A stretch of 64,000 bases of DNA from Chthoniobacterales bacterium. GTDB taxonomy: Bacteria > Verrucomicrobiota > Verrucomicrobiia > Chthoniobacterales > UBA6821. The notes under the pieces were generated by a model. That model saw only the letters and a program-made list of their open reading frames with translations. It ran no database searches and was not told where the DNA came from. Both the position numbers and the translations under genes were made by a program. Shown in pieces: positions 46,501 through 54,716 of this stretch (positions within the stretch are counted from its first letter, which is position 1; every line of letters starts with the position of its first letter). Location: NCBI GenBank assembly GCA_036824855.1, contig DAISZK010000004.1, positions 13,434-77,433 on the forward strand, given 5' to 3'.

Positions 46501-46847
46501 TCGGAGTCAGGACTCAGATCGTGTGCGATTTCACGCAAATCCACACCCGGGATCGGCTTGATATCGGAAAAGGAGAGATGAAAGGGACTCCCCGCACCAT
46601 GTTTGGCCAGGAATCCCTCACCGTCCCGTTGCAGCAGGCTGACTTTGGTGCCAGAGGATAGGGTCACAGACCCAATCTGCACGCCGTCCCGAAGGAGAGG
46701 GGCCTTGATGGAGGCAGCAAGTTCACACTCCACAGAGGCCCCCAACGAGATGCCCATGAGTGCAATCAGGATGAGGAACGATGCGATCGGGAGACGTGGC
46801 CGAGGGCGCAAAACGTAAGTCATGAGGGAGTTTGTTGGATTTAGCAT
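43509..46847 (-). CDS. Secreted heparinase II/III-like protein, paralogue E (N-terminal PKD-like extension)
   Basis: 1112-aa ORF. Motifs YCHPRLYTTAQDWPELSERTQHG, WYGAGHMHAEKGNFSFFALGRPW (H-x-H core), KRPYALIVDDINKDGTPRNYRW and YKVLLFPFRTGEQLPETIWN. PKD-like segment IFEVRLTVADSVHGISLSRNCWINV. Confidence 0.6.
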   Translation of the reverse strand: MLNPTNSLMTYVLRPRPRLPIASFLILIALMGISLGASVECELAASIKAPLLRDGVQIGSVTLSSGTKVSLLQRDGEGFLAKHGAGSPFHLSFSDIKPIPGVDLREIAHDLSPDSEPSLVFSIEHPILFPDHGDLPVQTSISAITRGFPKDAVLHYSWEEVQERLSPFAATMGRANPVSFSPNDAAFTKVSIIGAGIFEVRLTVADSVHGISLSRNCWINVWNFRSPIVSEGKEDPLCPSPGILPPPSVRTLSPDPGPYCHPRLYTTAQDWPELSERTQHGKIASMCLAKLRKETEERFDKPGSDFLKLSDQLVKFADSGFQGAAPDLTMGIPSKPGDKGPDWSDARNHFNEYCNQLRDATLVAWIDQDPRIPHDQVPAANKDRLRRLGKITASIGYTLLHGCWDSKTGAFHKDYPIFPDGLNEPGGVYWNMSSLGLAYDFTASWMTSPEKRAIRDFLYAQSVGRTTGARVVFFASGIHGRLLRGYEQNGDFMNIEEEKVLNAMVLEGEEGGVSPEVVKAFTDLPVPDDHLTSSDYKAYDWVHPAGADTQGGCLESHPYSVACSWPFARKVAIDNLQRAIWFNDDGYVSPWGFTANREAYYGFSAWGLWPTPVAYARHGAENQFVTSLFYNTVLQLLYSCYQAPAENKSENYSSHYFLYDHHDGGGDYRQNHVVMMKYMYPDDPAVDYIYAGNAPGLGFNPFIQTLFGLDPGINGKPTTLEDVARLKNPVLTKVDPQMGVVVCRTGWDEEAMKLDFDEGWYGAGHMHAEKGNFSFFALGRPWSFAPGYHVTDSTWQSEVLIQDPRYTNDVLTQGFMGEGPNAIPQGSDYKHCFPTPPGKLFKVTETPDKSCVVMAGDNAAAYSYCYGDNQVETTLRRRDFMYPGFYEATIAKNPDAVFDLNSPMKLTTNYNPVEYAYRTVLFVRGKRPYALIVDDINKDGTPRNYRWQMNCSTMFGPPSLFTDSEGKKIPSDLDAEPGATVSEAILLHAPLDSAPADDPNKAGLPRLLVRDLSETADPKKDPVIEVHKQSGSSDTTNGDIRRLFITRNQVMEPKYKVLLFPFRTGEQLPETIWNKDHTQVTIDLKNGVKDTITFNSSNPDHRTRVDFKRSGG

Positions 46848-47102
46848 AGTGAAAAATTGGGATAGGGTGGAAGGGGATTAGCAGCACCTTGAGAACTCTC
46901 TTTAGGGATCGTTGTGCTGGATAAATCCCCAACAGAATTATTGAAAATAACTCAACAAATGCCGAGGAAGCATTGCCAGCAGTTTGGTGCGGCAAGGAGT
47001 TTTCAAATTGGAATTTCTCACATCGTTAATTGATCAGCGGATTCAAAGATTAACCTCTCGAGAAGGAAATCATTCCAAGACCGGCGGCAAGTTCCCAAAC
47101 TA

Positions 47103-48350
47103 TCAGGGCGTTCTTTTTGAGAGAACAACTTCTTCATAGGAACGCACTTCTTTCATCCAATCTATAGCGACTTCGTTGCGACGGCAGAATTCATCCCAGA
47201 CAGCGCCCGTAGGCATTGTCTTGGATTCCTCCAACAATGCGAGTCGCTCCCAAAGAGCCCCCTCATCCTCGGCTTTGCGGATTTTCTCCAAGGGCTGGAG
47301 CATTGCTACAAGGAGTGCTTTCTGGGCGCTCCGTGTACCGATCACCCAGGCAGCGATCCGGTTGATCGAGGCATCGAAGAAATCAAGGCCGATATGCGTC
47401 CTTCCGAGAAAGTCACCTCGCACCAGTTCTTCCATGATGGCGATCGTAGGATCATCGAGGAGCACCACATGGTCGCTGTCCCAACGCACACCGCGGCTGA
47501 CATGGAGCAGGAGCTCGGGAACGAACTGGAGGACCGAGGAGATCTTGTCGGCCAACTGCTCGGTCGGATGGAAGTGACCGGCGTCGAGGCAGAGGAGCTT
47601 TTGGTTCTTCACGGCATACCCCAAGTAGAACTCATGGGATCCGACCACATAGCTCTCGCTGCCAATCCCAAAGAGCTTGCTCTCCACGGCGTCGAGATTG
47701 TGAGCGGGGTCGATCTTCTCCGAGAACATCTCGTCGAGTGCGGCTTCCAAGCGGATGCGCGGGGACTTGCGGTCGGCTGGGAGATCCTTGGAGCCGTCGG
47801 GAATCCAGACGTTGGTCACGCAGGTGGATCCGAGTTGGCGACCAATCTCGGCTCCGATTCGGCGGCAGGCCTTGCCGTGCTCAATCCAGTAATCGCGGAT
47901 TCCCTTGTCGGCACTCGAGAGCGTGAAGCCGGAGGCGGCCTTGGGATGCGCGAAGAAGCTGGGATTGAAATCCACACCCAGTCCACGGGACTTCGCCCAG
48001 TCGATCCATCCCTGAAACTCCTCGACGCCATAGTCACTCCTCTCCTTCTTTCTACCGCCCAGTTCCGCGTAGCAGGCATGGAGATTGAGACGGTGCTTTC
48101 CCGGAATCAGCGAAAGGGCTTTTTCCAAATCTTGGCGGAGTTCCGCAGGAGTCCTGGCCTTACCGGGATAGTTTCCCGTCGCAGCGAGACCGCTTCCAGC
48201 GAGATCCGTGCCGGCGTTTTCGAATCCCCCGACATCATCCCCCTGCCAGCAGTGGAGCGAGATCGGAGTAGCGGTGAGGCGCTTGATCACCTCTTCGGTG
48301 TCGACTCCGTGGGAAGCGTAGGTTTCCTTGGCGAGGATGTAGGCATTCAT
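47103..48350 (-). CDS. rhaA: L-rhamnose isomerase
   Basis: 415-aa ORF, colinear with E. coli RhaA over its full length: [111 protein letters not shown]. Confidence 0.95.
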   Translation of the reverse strand: MNAYILAKETYASHGVDTEEVIKRLTATPISLHCWQGDDVGGFENAGTDLAGSGLAATGNYPGKARTPAELRQDLEKALSLIPGKHRLNLHACYAELGGRKKERSDYGVEEFQGWIDWAKSRGLGVDFNPSFFAHPKAASGFTLSSADKGIRDYWIEHGKACRRIGAEIGRQLGSTCVTNVWIPDGSKDLPADRKSPRIRLEAALDEMFSEKIDPAHNLDAVESKLFGIGSESYVVGSHEFYLGYAVKNQKLLCLDAGHFHPTEQLADKISSVLQFVPELLLHVSRGVRWDSDHVVLLDDPTIAIMEELVRGDFLGRTHIGLDFFDASINRIAAWVIGTRSAQKALLVAMLQPLEKIRKAEDEGALWERLALLEESKTMPTGAVWDEFCRRNEVAIDWMKEVRSYEEVVLSKRTP

Positions 48351-48377
48351 GGCAGTAAGGTTTGCGGTGGAGGTATC

Positions 48378-49538
48378 TCAGGAGTGACCCTTGTACCAAG
48401 TGCCGATGCCGATGATGATCGTCGACAAAATCAGCGTAGCGATACCAAGGGCGATGAGCGTATGGGTCTTTTTGCTGGAGCCTTTCCACTCATGGAAGAT
48501 CCATCCCCACATCGTGCTGAAGATGATGATGCTCGCCATATGGAGGGTCCAGCTGGCGAACCCGAACTTGCCCATCTGGGTCTCGCCCATGGTGTAGAAG
48601 AAGAACTGCAGATACCAAATCGTCCCGGCTATCGCGGAGAAGACGTAGTTGTTGAACATCGGCACCTTCAAATCCCCATCAGCCTCGGTGACAAGAGAAG
48701 CCGCGCCATGCTCCCCTCCACCGGCTCCACCGAGCGCGGCATGCTCTTCGCAAATCGTGCCACTGAAATACTGATAGGCTGTGCCGTTCTTGAAATGGAG
48801 GTAGGCACACCAGAGGAAGTTCGTGGTGAACCCTCCGAGAAGCACGACCACAAGCTTGGGAAGTCCCGTCCAGATCTGATCGGTGCCCGCGAGGAGCGAG
48901 GCATCCCCGATCGGCTTGCCAGCGGTCAGCGCAAAGGCAAAGCAGGCGCTCATCACACCGGAGAACGTGGCGACGGCGATTCCTTTGGGAAAGTTGAACT
49001 CCTTGATCGTCTCGGTTTTCTGGGATGCATCCATCTCCCGTTCCTTGTTCAGCCCCGCCAGCGCCGCAAGGGCGATGCCGACGAGGCAGGCAAGAACGCC
49101 GATAAGGGTAATCTGGCCAGGGAGATTGGAGGCGATCTGGAGGATCGTCTCGTCGCAAGGAATCGATGGAATGAAAAGCTTGGCGATCGGCGGCAGCAGA
49201 GTTCCGAATGCCGCGCAATATCCGAGTGCCACCCCCATGCCGAGTGACATTCCGAGATAGCGCATGGTGAGCCCGAAGGTCAGACCACCCAAGCCCCAGA
49301 GACAGCCGAAGAAGTAAGTCCACCAGAGCGTGTTACCGCTCTGACGCAACAAAACCCCGTGGAGATCATGGGTCATCAGGAGCGCCAGAAGTGATGGCAT
49401 GATGATCCAGGAGAAGAATCCACCGACCATCCAGGCGGTCTCCCACGCCCACTTCTTTACGAAGCGGTAAGGGACATAAAAACTTCCGGAGGCAAAGCCG
49501 CCGAGCCAGTGGAAGAAGACGCCGAGAAATGGGTTCAT
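48378..49538 (-). CDS. rhaT: L-rhamnose/proton symporter
   Basis: 386-aa polytopic ORF matching E. coli RhaT landmarks: YVPYRFVKKWAWETAWMVGG, GLTMRYLGMSLGMGVALG, WYLQFFFY, SWTLHM. 27 nt upstream of rhaA. Confidence 0.9.
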   Translation of the reverse strand: MNPFLGVFFHWLGGFASGSFYVPYRFVKKWAWETAWMVGGFFSWIIMPSLLALLMTHDLHGVLLRQSGNTLWWTYFFGCLWGLGGLTFGLTMRYLGMSLGMGVALGYCAAFGTLLPPIAKLFIPSIPCDETILQIASNLPGQITLIGVLACLVGIALAALAGLNKEREMDASQKTETIKEFNFPKGIAVATFSGVMSACFAFALTAGKPIGDASLLAGTDQIWTGLPKLVVVLLGGFTTNFLWCAYLHFKNGTAYQYFSGTICEEHAALGGAGGGEHGAASLVTEADGDLKVPMFNNYVFSAIAGTIWYLQFFFYTMGETQMGKFGFASWTLHMASIIIFSTMWGWIFHEWKGSSKKTHTLIALGIATLILSTIIIGIGTWYKGHS

Positions 49539-49549
49539 GGCTAAGTGGG

Positions 49550-51196
49550 CTATTTGAGAATCCGGAAGGCATCAAAGGCTACATTGCCATCTCCTTTGAC
49601 GATGATCTTCACCTCGTGGTCTCCAGGAGTGAGATTCTCAATGCGGAACACGGGAACTTGAACAAAGCCCGAATACTGGAAATTACGGAGTTTGGTATCG
49701 ATGGTTCCGGCAGGCTTCCCGTCGATGAGGACATCAAAGGATCCGTTACCCTGGTTTTTTCCAGTCCAAATCTCCAAGCCCGATCCGCTGAAGCGGTACT
49801 CCGCGGTCGCACCCGGTGATCGTGTCAGGTGATAGTCCTTTTGATAATCCCTGGACGATGCCTGCGCGACGGCCTGCCAACCCTTTGAGTAACGGATCGC
49901 CGGATCGGTGTCATTGATCATCGATCCTTCGGGAAGCGGATTTTTACGGAGAAGGAGGGGAAAGCGCCAGATTTTGTAGATGGAGCCGGGAACATCCTTA
50001 AAGATAGTTCCCGAACTGAAGAGCTGGATCCGAACCCCGTCCGGGGTCTGCTCCTGGTACTTCGCGCAAAGATTCGGGCCATACATTCGCGAGTTGGCAA
50101 GGAAACTGTCATCCATCGAACCGACCTGATTCCACGGGCCCCAAGGATGGGGAGCCTCAAAGAAGTCGTAGACCAGCCGCTCAGGGTTAAACCATCCCTT
50201 GAGCGTCGGGGTGATATACCAAGAGACAAGAAGATATCGGTTCAGGCATGGAATGAAGACGGGAGCCGTCCAACCGAGTTTGGCGGGCCGGCTGAGGATC
50301 GGGGCGGCCTTGCCGATATCATGGCTCCATGAGGAATCCAGAAGCCCCTCCCCGCCTGTGAAGTATTCCCAATCCGAAACATTCAGTTTCGGCAGGTCGG
50401 TCCGAAGGACGCGAGCCAGGATGAGGTCGTCACCACCATTCCAGAATCCGTTGTTGGAAACGGCGTAGACGTATTTGTCCGCACCGTCGCGGGCAACCTG
50501 ACCGCCGTTTCGTCCATAATGAATGAAGGCAGGGGCGCCGAAACGACTCCCGGGCCACATGGGATGATCGTAGTTCTCTTGGGCGGAACGGGTCCATGTC
50601 AGCCCGTGGTCGGTGGACTTGATCAGGCTAGCGTTCAGCGATGTCTGGCGGAGAAGCGGGTCCTTGGAGTGGTTGCCGTAGTGGTTTCTGGCGACAAAGC
50701 AGTAGAAGACTCCGTCGACGCATTCCTGGCCGACCGCCTTCCAATTCCCCCCGTCATTCGTGGAAGTCCCGTTCATCGAGGCACCATTGCCGCCGTATTC
50801 ATCCATGGAATTGACTAATGATCCCTTTAGGGAGAACAGATCGCTGCCCGAAAGTTTGTTGAAACAAAGATTGCGTTCCTGGGTTCCGAATCCGCGGCCA
50901 TCGCAAGCGAAGTGATAGAGTTGGTCGTCATCGGCCCAAAACGGATCGGCAGTATCTCCCTTGGAATCATCCCATTTGAAGGCTTTGTCGATTTCCGGAA
51001 TCACTTGGGTAATTGGAACGGTGGGTTCCTCCGCAAAGGATGGAACAATCGCCGACCACGCCACGAAAATGGTCATTAGCGACGGCATGATGATCGAAGC
51101 TAGGAGGCCACCGAGCCTCGAGGAGGTCTTGAAGGCCCATGTCTTCGGGAAGCGGCAAGGGACCCCTGAAGCAAACACGCCAAGGAATAGATTCAT
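49550..51196 (-). CDS. Secreted BNR/Asp-box beta-propeller protein (DUF4185/sialidase-like) with C-terminal CBM-like beta-sandwich
   Basis: Asp-box KSTDHGLTW (S-x-D-x-G-x-T-W). Propeller-like segments YVYAVSNNGFWNGGDDLILARV...WEYFTG. C-terminal lectin-like domain YSKGWQ...AEYRFSGSGLEIWTGKNQGNGSFDVLIDGKPAG...GDHEVKIIVKGDGNVAFDAFRILK. I use ATG 51196 because the track start at 51235 is TTG. The stop is 11 nt from the rhaT ATG. Confidence 0.55.
   Translation of the reverse strand: MNLFLGVFASGVPCRFPKTWAFKTSSRLGGLLASIIMPSLMTIFVAWSAIVPSFAEEPTVPITQVIPEIDKAFKWDDSKGDTADPFWADDDQLYHFACDGRGFGTQERNLCFNKLSGSDLFSLKGSLVNSMDEYGGNGASMNGTSTNDGGNWKAVGQECVDGVFYCFVARNHYGNHSKDPLLRQTSLNASLIKSTDHGLTWTRSAQENYDHPMWPGSRFGAPAFIHYGRNGGQVARDGADKYVYAVSNNGFWNGGDDLILARVLRTDLPKLNVSDWEYFTGGEGLLDSSWSHDIGKAAPILSRPAKLGWTAPVFIPCLNRYLLVSWYITPTLKGWFNPERLVYDFFEAPHPWGPWNQVGSMDDSFLANSRMYGPNLCAKYQEQTPDGVRIQLFSSGTIFKDVPGSIYKIWRFPLLLRKNPLPEGSMINDTDPAIRYSKGWQAVAQASSRDYQKDYHLTRSPGATAEYRFSGSGLEIWTGKNQGNGSFDVLIDGKPAGTIDTKLRNFQYSGFVQVPVFRIENLTPGDHEVKIIVKGDGNVAFDAFRILK
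51071..51196 (-). repeat. Diverged partial duplicate of the rhaT 5-prime end (counterpart 49371-49538), in frame as the N-terminus of the beta-propeller gene
   Basis: Hand alignment of codons 1-42 (MNLFLGVF-ASG-VPCRFPKTWAFKTSSRLGGLLASIIMPSL-MT) against rhaT codons 1-56 (MNPFLGVFFHWLGGFASGSFYVPYRFVKKWAWETAWMVGGFFSWIIMPSLLALLMT). 28 of 42 aligned residues are identical, with three in-frame gaps. The similarity is also visible at DNA level (e.g. ATCATCATGCC, CGCTTC, GGTGG). Confidence 0.8.
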
Positions 51197-51252
51197 AGTG
51201 ATGGAGGAATGGGGGGGGTTACAGGACGTCGCCAATTAGTAGATATGACATG

Positions 51253-54200
51253 CTATAGTAAGCGATTAGTCCGAAGCCAGTCGCAGGCTTTGTCGAGCCA
51301 TCCCGGGGGACTCTTGTCGGGATTCTTTCCGTAACCGAAACCATGGCCGCCCACAGGGTATTCCTGTAAAGTTGAGGGAACTCCCATCGCCTGAAGGGCC
51401 TGATAATAGAGTTCGCTATTCTGAGAGGGAACGCCCTTGTCATCAAGGGCATGAACGAGAACAGTCGGCGGCGTATTCGCCGAGACTTGGGTTTCATTCG
51501 AAAGGGAATGCAACAGGGCTGGATCGGGATTCGGGCCCAGAAGGTTCGCAAAACTTCCGTGATGGGCGATATCAGGTCGTGAACTGATGACAGGATAGAC
51601 GAGCATGGCAAAATCCGGGCGGCAACCCATCCGGTCAACCGGATCACTTGCCTTGGGGTTTCCGGAATCAAAGTGCGTCGAAAGAGTGGAGGCGAGATGT
51701 CCCCCTGCCGAGAAGCCAATGACGCCTATTTTACGTGGGTCGACGTGCCATTCTTGGGCGTGACTGCGGACCAGTCGCATGGCGCGCTGAACATCCATGA
51801 GCGGAACCGGGTGCAGATACCCGTTCTTGGGAAGGCGATATCTCAGCACGAAGGCGGCAACCCCGTGTGACTGGAAGTATTGGGCAACATTCGTGCCCTC
51901 ATGTGTGATAGCCAGCCCTCCGTAGCCTCCTCCGGGACAAATCACAATTGCCGGCGCGGGAGATTTTGCTTCCGCTGGAAAATAGATAGTGAGGTCTGGA
52001 AGATCGGTGGTGTTCGTGCCTTTAGCTTCGGGAACAAGCCCTGGCCAAAGTGGAATGACCTGCTTAGGAGATTGTAAAAGTAACGTAGGCGGTGTTGGCA
52101 CAGGGGTATTAAACACTGCTTTGATATTGGTGAGAGTGGAAGTGAAGGAGTAACTTCCCGTAAGAGCTTCAAAAACTGATCTTCCATTCATGATGCCAAG
52201 TGATTTTGGAACCGAGGATTCACTCCTCTTTTCGATCATGCATGCTTCCTTTCCGGGCATCTCGATCCGCGCGGCTGTGCCCGCGGGAATGGTCACATTG
52301 AGGGTGAACTTTCCTCCCTCGACTTTCCAAGAGACATCGATCGTCCCGTGAGGTGTCGGGACAGAGCCCTTGGCCCAATTCAAACCGCAGGTTTCGGGCT
52401 TGATCAGAATCGTTCCAAAACCGGGCGAGGTGGGTCTCACCCCGAGGATTTTGCTCGGCATCTGATAGGCGGGTGTGGCGATCCATCCATGGCTGTAATC
52501 ACCTTTCTCAGGTCCCATCTCCCGGACGGTCTGTGTCTCGGGGATCACCTTGTACTCATGCATCTTCTGCACGCCGTATGTGCCAAAAAGCTGGGCCTCC
52601 TCAAGGGCATTGAAGACGAAGTGCATGAAGTAGGGAGTCACATCCCAGTTCGTGTTCGTCATGGTGGCCCCCATCACTGAGGTGCGACGATCCTGCGGAA
52701 CAAGTCCGGCGATCGTGGCCAGTGCATTGTTCTGCACGCTGAAGCTCTCCATCTGAACATCGGCAGGCATCCACCTATTAGTGCTGACGGAGGTCACGAA
52801 TGGCTTCCCGTCGCGGTAGAGTCCGCGTTCGGAGTTCCAGAGCTCCTTCTCGAAGGCTTCTCCGACCTGCTTGCGCAGCTTCTCATATTTCTCCGCATGG
52901 ACGTGATCTCCGTTGATTTGCGAGATGCGAATGGCGTCGCCCAAGGCCTGATAAAAGAGTGCCGTCATGTACCCCTGACCGATCACTGCGGGAGGGTGAT
53001 GGCAGGCAAAGGCAATCTTTGGGTTTTTATCGTCATGAACATTGACCCAATCCATGAACATGTAGTTCGGGGCCTCCGAAATGATGCCGTTCTTTCCGAT
53101 GTAGGAGGAGAATTGGTCGATAACCGCATGAACATTTGGGGCAAGTTCATCGATCAGACTACGGTCCCCAGTGTAGTCGTAGTAATTCAGCAGGGACTGC
53201 AACCAATAGAAAATGTAGCTGGTGTGAAAGGTCTGGTACTTGGCGTTCACCATCACCCAGGACCACTTTCGAAGATCCTGTTTGGCGAGCCATGGGTTGT
53301 TACCCATCGTGTAGTAGTTGACCAGGTCCGCGATCAGGTAATCACCGTAGTCGCTGATCGGCTCCTGATGCTGCGGCGAGTCGAGATGGTGGGTAATCAT
53401 GCAGATCTGGGTCGACCAGCGCCCGCTCTTATAGAGTTTGTTCAACTCCTCGTCACTGCAACTGAACGACCCGCGGTACTCGACTGGCTGTGAGAGAAAA
53501 TCAGCCGTCACATCAAGGATCTCCACCGGCGAGGAGGCGTTCCTAACCACTACGGTGACCGTTCCCAGGGCGTAGTAATCGCGCGACTCAAAGGTCTGCA
53601 CTCCATCGCGCAAGGCGATCTGATAGGCGCGACTGCCCCCAATGGCGCCGGTCTCATTCGAGAGGAGCAGGATCCGAGCCCCCTTGCATCCATTGACCTT
53701 GATGCCGCAACGACCCGACATGATCTTGTCAAAGTGGACAGAGAACTGACCGTCTCCCTTCACGACGATGGGATGACCGGGTGTGAGTGGTTCGTGGGGA
53801 ACCATCACGTTTCCCTGAACATTCATGATCTCAAAGTAGGGGTACCTCACCTCCATAAGCGGAGGAAGTTCACTCATCACCAACTGTTCCTTGGGAGCCT
53901 CGGTCACACTGCAAAAAGGCCAATTCGAGTCATCGTATCCTGCCTGCAGCCATCCTTGAGGCTCCGCTTCGGCATCAAAGAAAGGAAGGGGTCGCGGCTT
54001 TACCCCTAGCGCCTTGAGATCTTCCTCGGCAGGATTTTTCTTCAACAGATATCGAGAGGACACTCCTCTCCACGTCTCATCCGTGCCAAAGGTCACTTTC
54101 TTTCCATCGGGAAACTCCACCAGAAGTTCGAGAACCAGCTTGTTCGAGCCTGAACACTCTACGCACACCGCATTTTTCCTCTTGTGAAAGAGCGGAGTGA

Positions 54201-54624
54201 GATTGCGAATCTCATAGAATCTGCGTCCGCTGGAAGCCCCGACAAAGTCCCTACCCGGATCCGCGGAACCGCGACCCGCGGGAGTACCGTTCACATAAAG
54301 CAGGTAGTTGTCACCCGAGATCCAAGCAGTCACTTTTTTCGGGGCCTGATCCAACGTGATTTCCTTACGAATGCAGGTTGCGACCGAATCAGAAACCGCT
54401 TTGTCAGTTGAAGAAATCCACCGGGCCTGCCAATCGCCCTTCGGTTCTGGTTTTTCCCATTTGTATCCAGGCGCCTGAACCCCATCATGATCCACCTGTA
54501 CGTTCATTCCCGTGTTTTGGACGGGACCACGGGTATCGGTGGACTGGGCATAGGCCGAGCTCATGAGAAGCAGCAATAATGCGAAAGTAATCGTTATGGG
54601 TTTCTTTTTCATGAGAGATGGCAT
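51253..54624 (-). CDS. Bifunctional GH78-like six-hairpin glycosidase (alpha-L-rhamnosidase-like) fused to a C-terminal alpha/beta-hydrolase esterase
   Basis: 1123-aa ORF with signal peptide. Rhamnosidase-type N-domain WQARWISS...VTAWISGDNYLLYVNGTPAGRG. Six-hairpin region and C-terminal signature SHGWIATPAYQMPSKILGVRPTSPGFGTILIKPETCGLNWAKGSVPTPHGTIDVSW. The last about 285 aa (about nt 51256-52100) are an Aes/BD-FAE-type esterase: ICPGGGYGGL (oxyanion loop), GVIGFSAGGHLA (G-x-S-x-G), HALDD, GGHGFG. Confidence 0.65.
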   Translation of the reverse strand: MPSLMKKKPITITFALLLLLMSSAYAQSTDTRGPVQNTGMNVQVDHDGVQAPGYKWEKPEPKGDWQARWISSTDKAVSDSVATCIRKEITLDQAPKKVTAWISGDNYLLYVNGTPAGRGSADPGRDFVGASSGRRFYEIRNLTPLFHKRKNAVCVECSGSNKLVLELLVEFPDGKKVTFGTDETWRGVSSRYLLKKNPAEEDLKALGVKPRPLPFFDAEAEPQGWLQAGYDDSNWPFCSVTEAPKEQLVMSELPPLMEVRYPYFEIMNVQGNVMVPHEPLTPGHPIVVKGDGQFSVHFDKIMSGRCGIKVNGCKGARILLLSNETGAIGGSRAYQIALRDGVQTFESRDYYALGTVTVVVRNASSPVEILDVTADFLSQPVEYRGSFSCSDEELNKLYKSGRWSTQICMITHHLDSPQHQEPISDYGDYLIADLVNYYTMGNNPWLAKQDLRKWSWVMVNAKYQTFHTSYIFYWLQSLLNYYDYTGDRSLIDELAPNVHAVIDQFSSYIGKNGIISEAPNYMFMDWVNVHDDKNPKIAFACHHPPAVIGQGYMTALFYQALGDAIRISQINGDHVHAEKYEKLRKQVGEAFEKELWNSERGLYRDGKPFVTSVSTNRWMPADVQMESFSVQNNALATIAGLVPQDRRTSVMGATMTNTNWDVTPYFMHFVFNALEEAQLFGTYGVQKMHEYKVIPETQTVREMGPEKGDYSHGWIATPAYQMPSKILGVRPTSPGFGTILIKPETCGLNWAKGSVPTPHGTIDVSWKVEGGKFTLNVTIPAGTAARIEMPGKEACMIEKRSESSVPKSLGIMNGRSVFEALTGSYSFTSTLTNIKAVFNTPVPTPPTLLLQSPKQVIPLWPGLVPEAKGTNTTDLPDLTIYFPAEAKSPAPAIVICPGGGYGGLAITHEGTNVAQYFQSHGVAAFVLRYRLPKNGYLHPVPLMDVQRAMRLVRSHAQEWHVDPRKIGVIGFSAGGHLASTLSTHFDSGNPKASDPVDRMGCRPDFAMLVYPVISSRPDIAHHGSFANLLGPNPDPALLHSLSNETQVSANTPPTVLVHALDDKGVPSQNSELYYQALQAMGVPSTLQEYPVGGHGFGYGKNPDKSPPGWLDKACDWLRTNRLL

Positions 54625-54716
54625 TTGTGAGTTATGAACGCTTGGGAAGTTGATGCGTTGGTTGCGCTGATTTTTCCGGGAGTTCCGTCAAAATGACACG
54701 TCAGTTCAAGAGACAA

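Noticed and set aside
47394-49247. 617-aa plus-strand ORF spanning rhaA, the rhaA-rhaT gap and most of rhaT
   Set aside because: It is antisense to two genes with full-length, high-confidence homology (RhaA, RhaT). Its Gly/Arg/Glu-rich, low-complexity translation is typical of a shadow ORF in GC-rich coding DNA, and it has no recognisable motifs.
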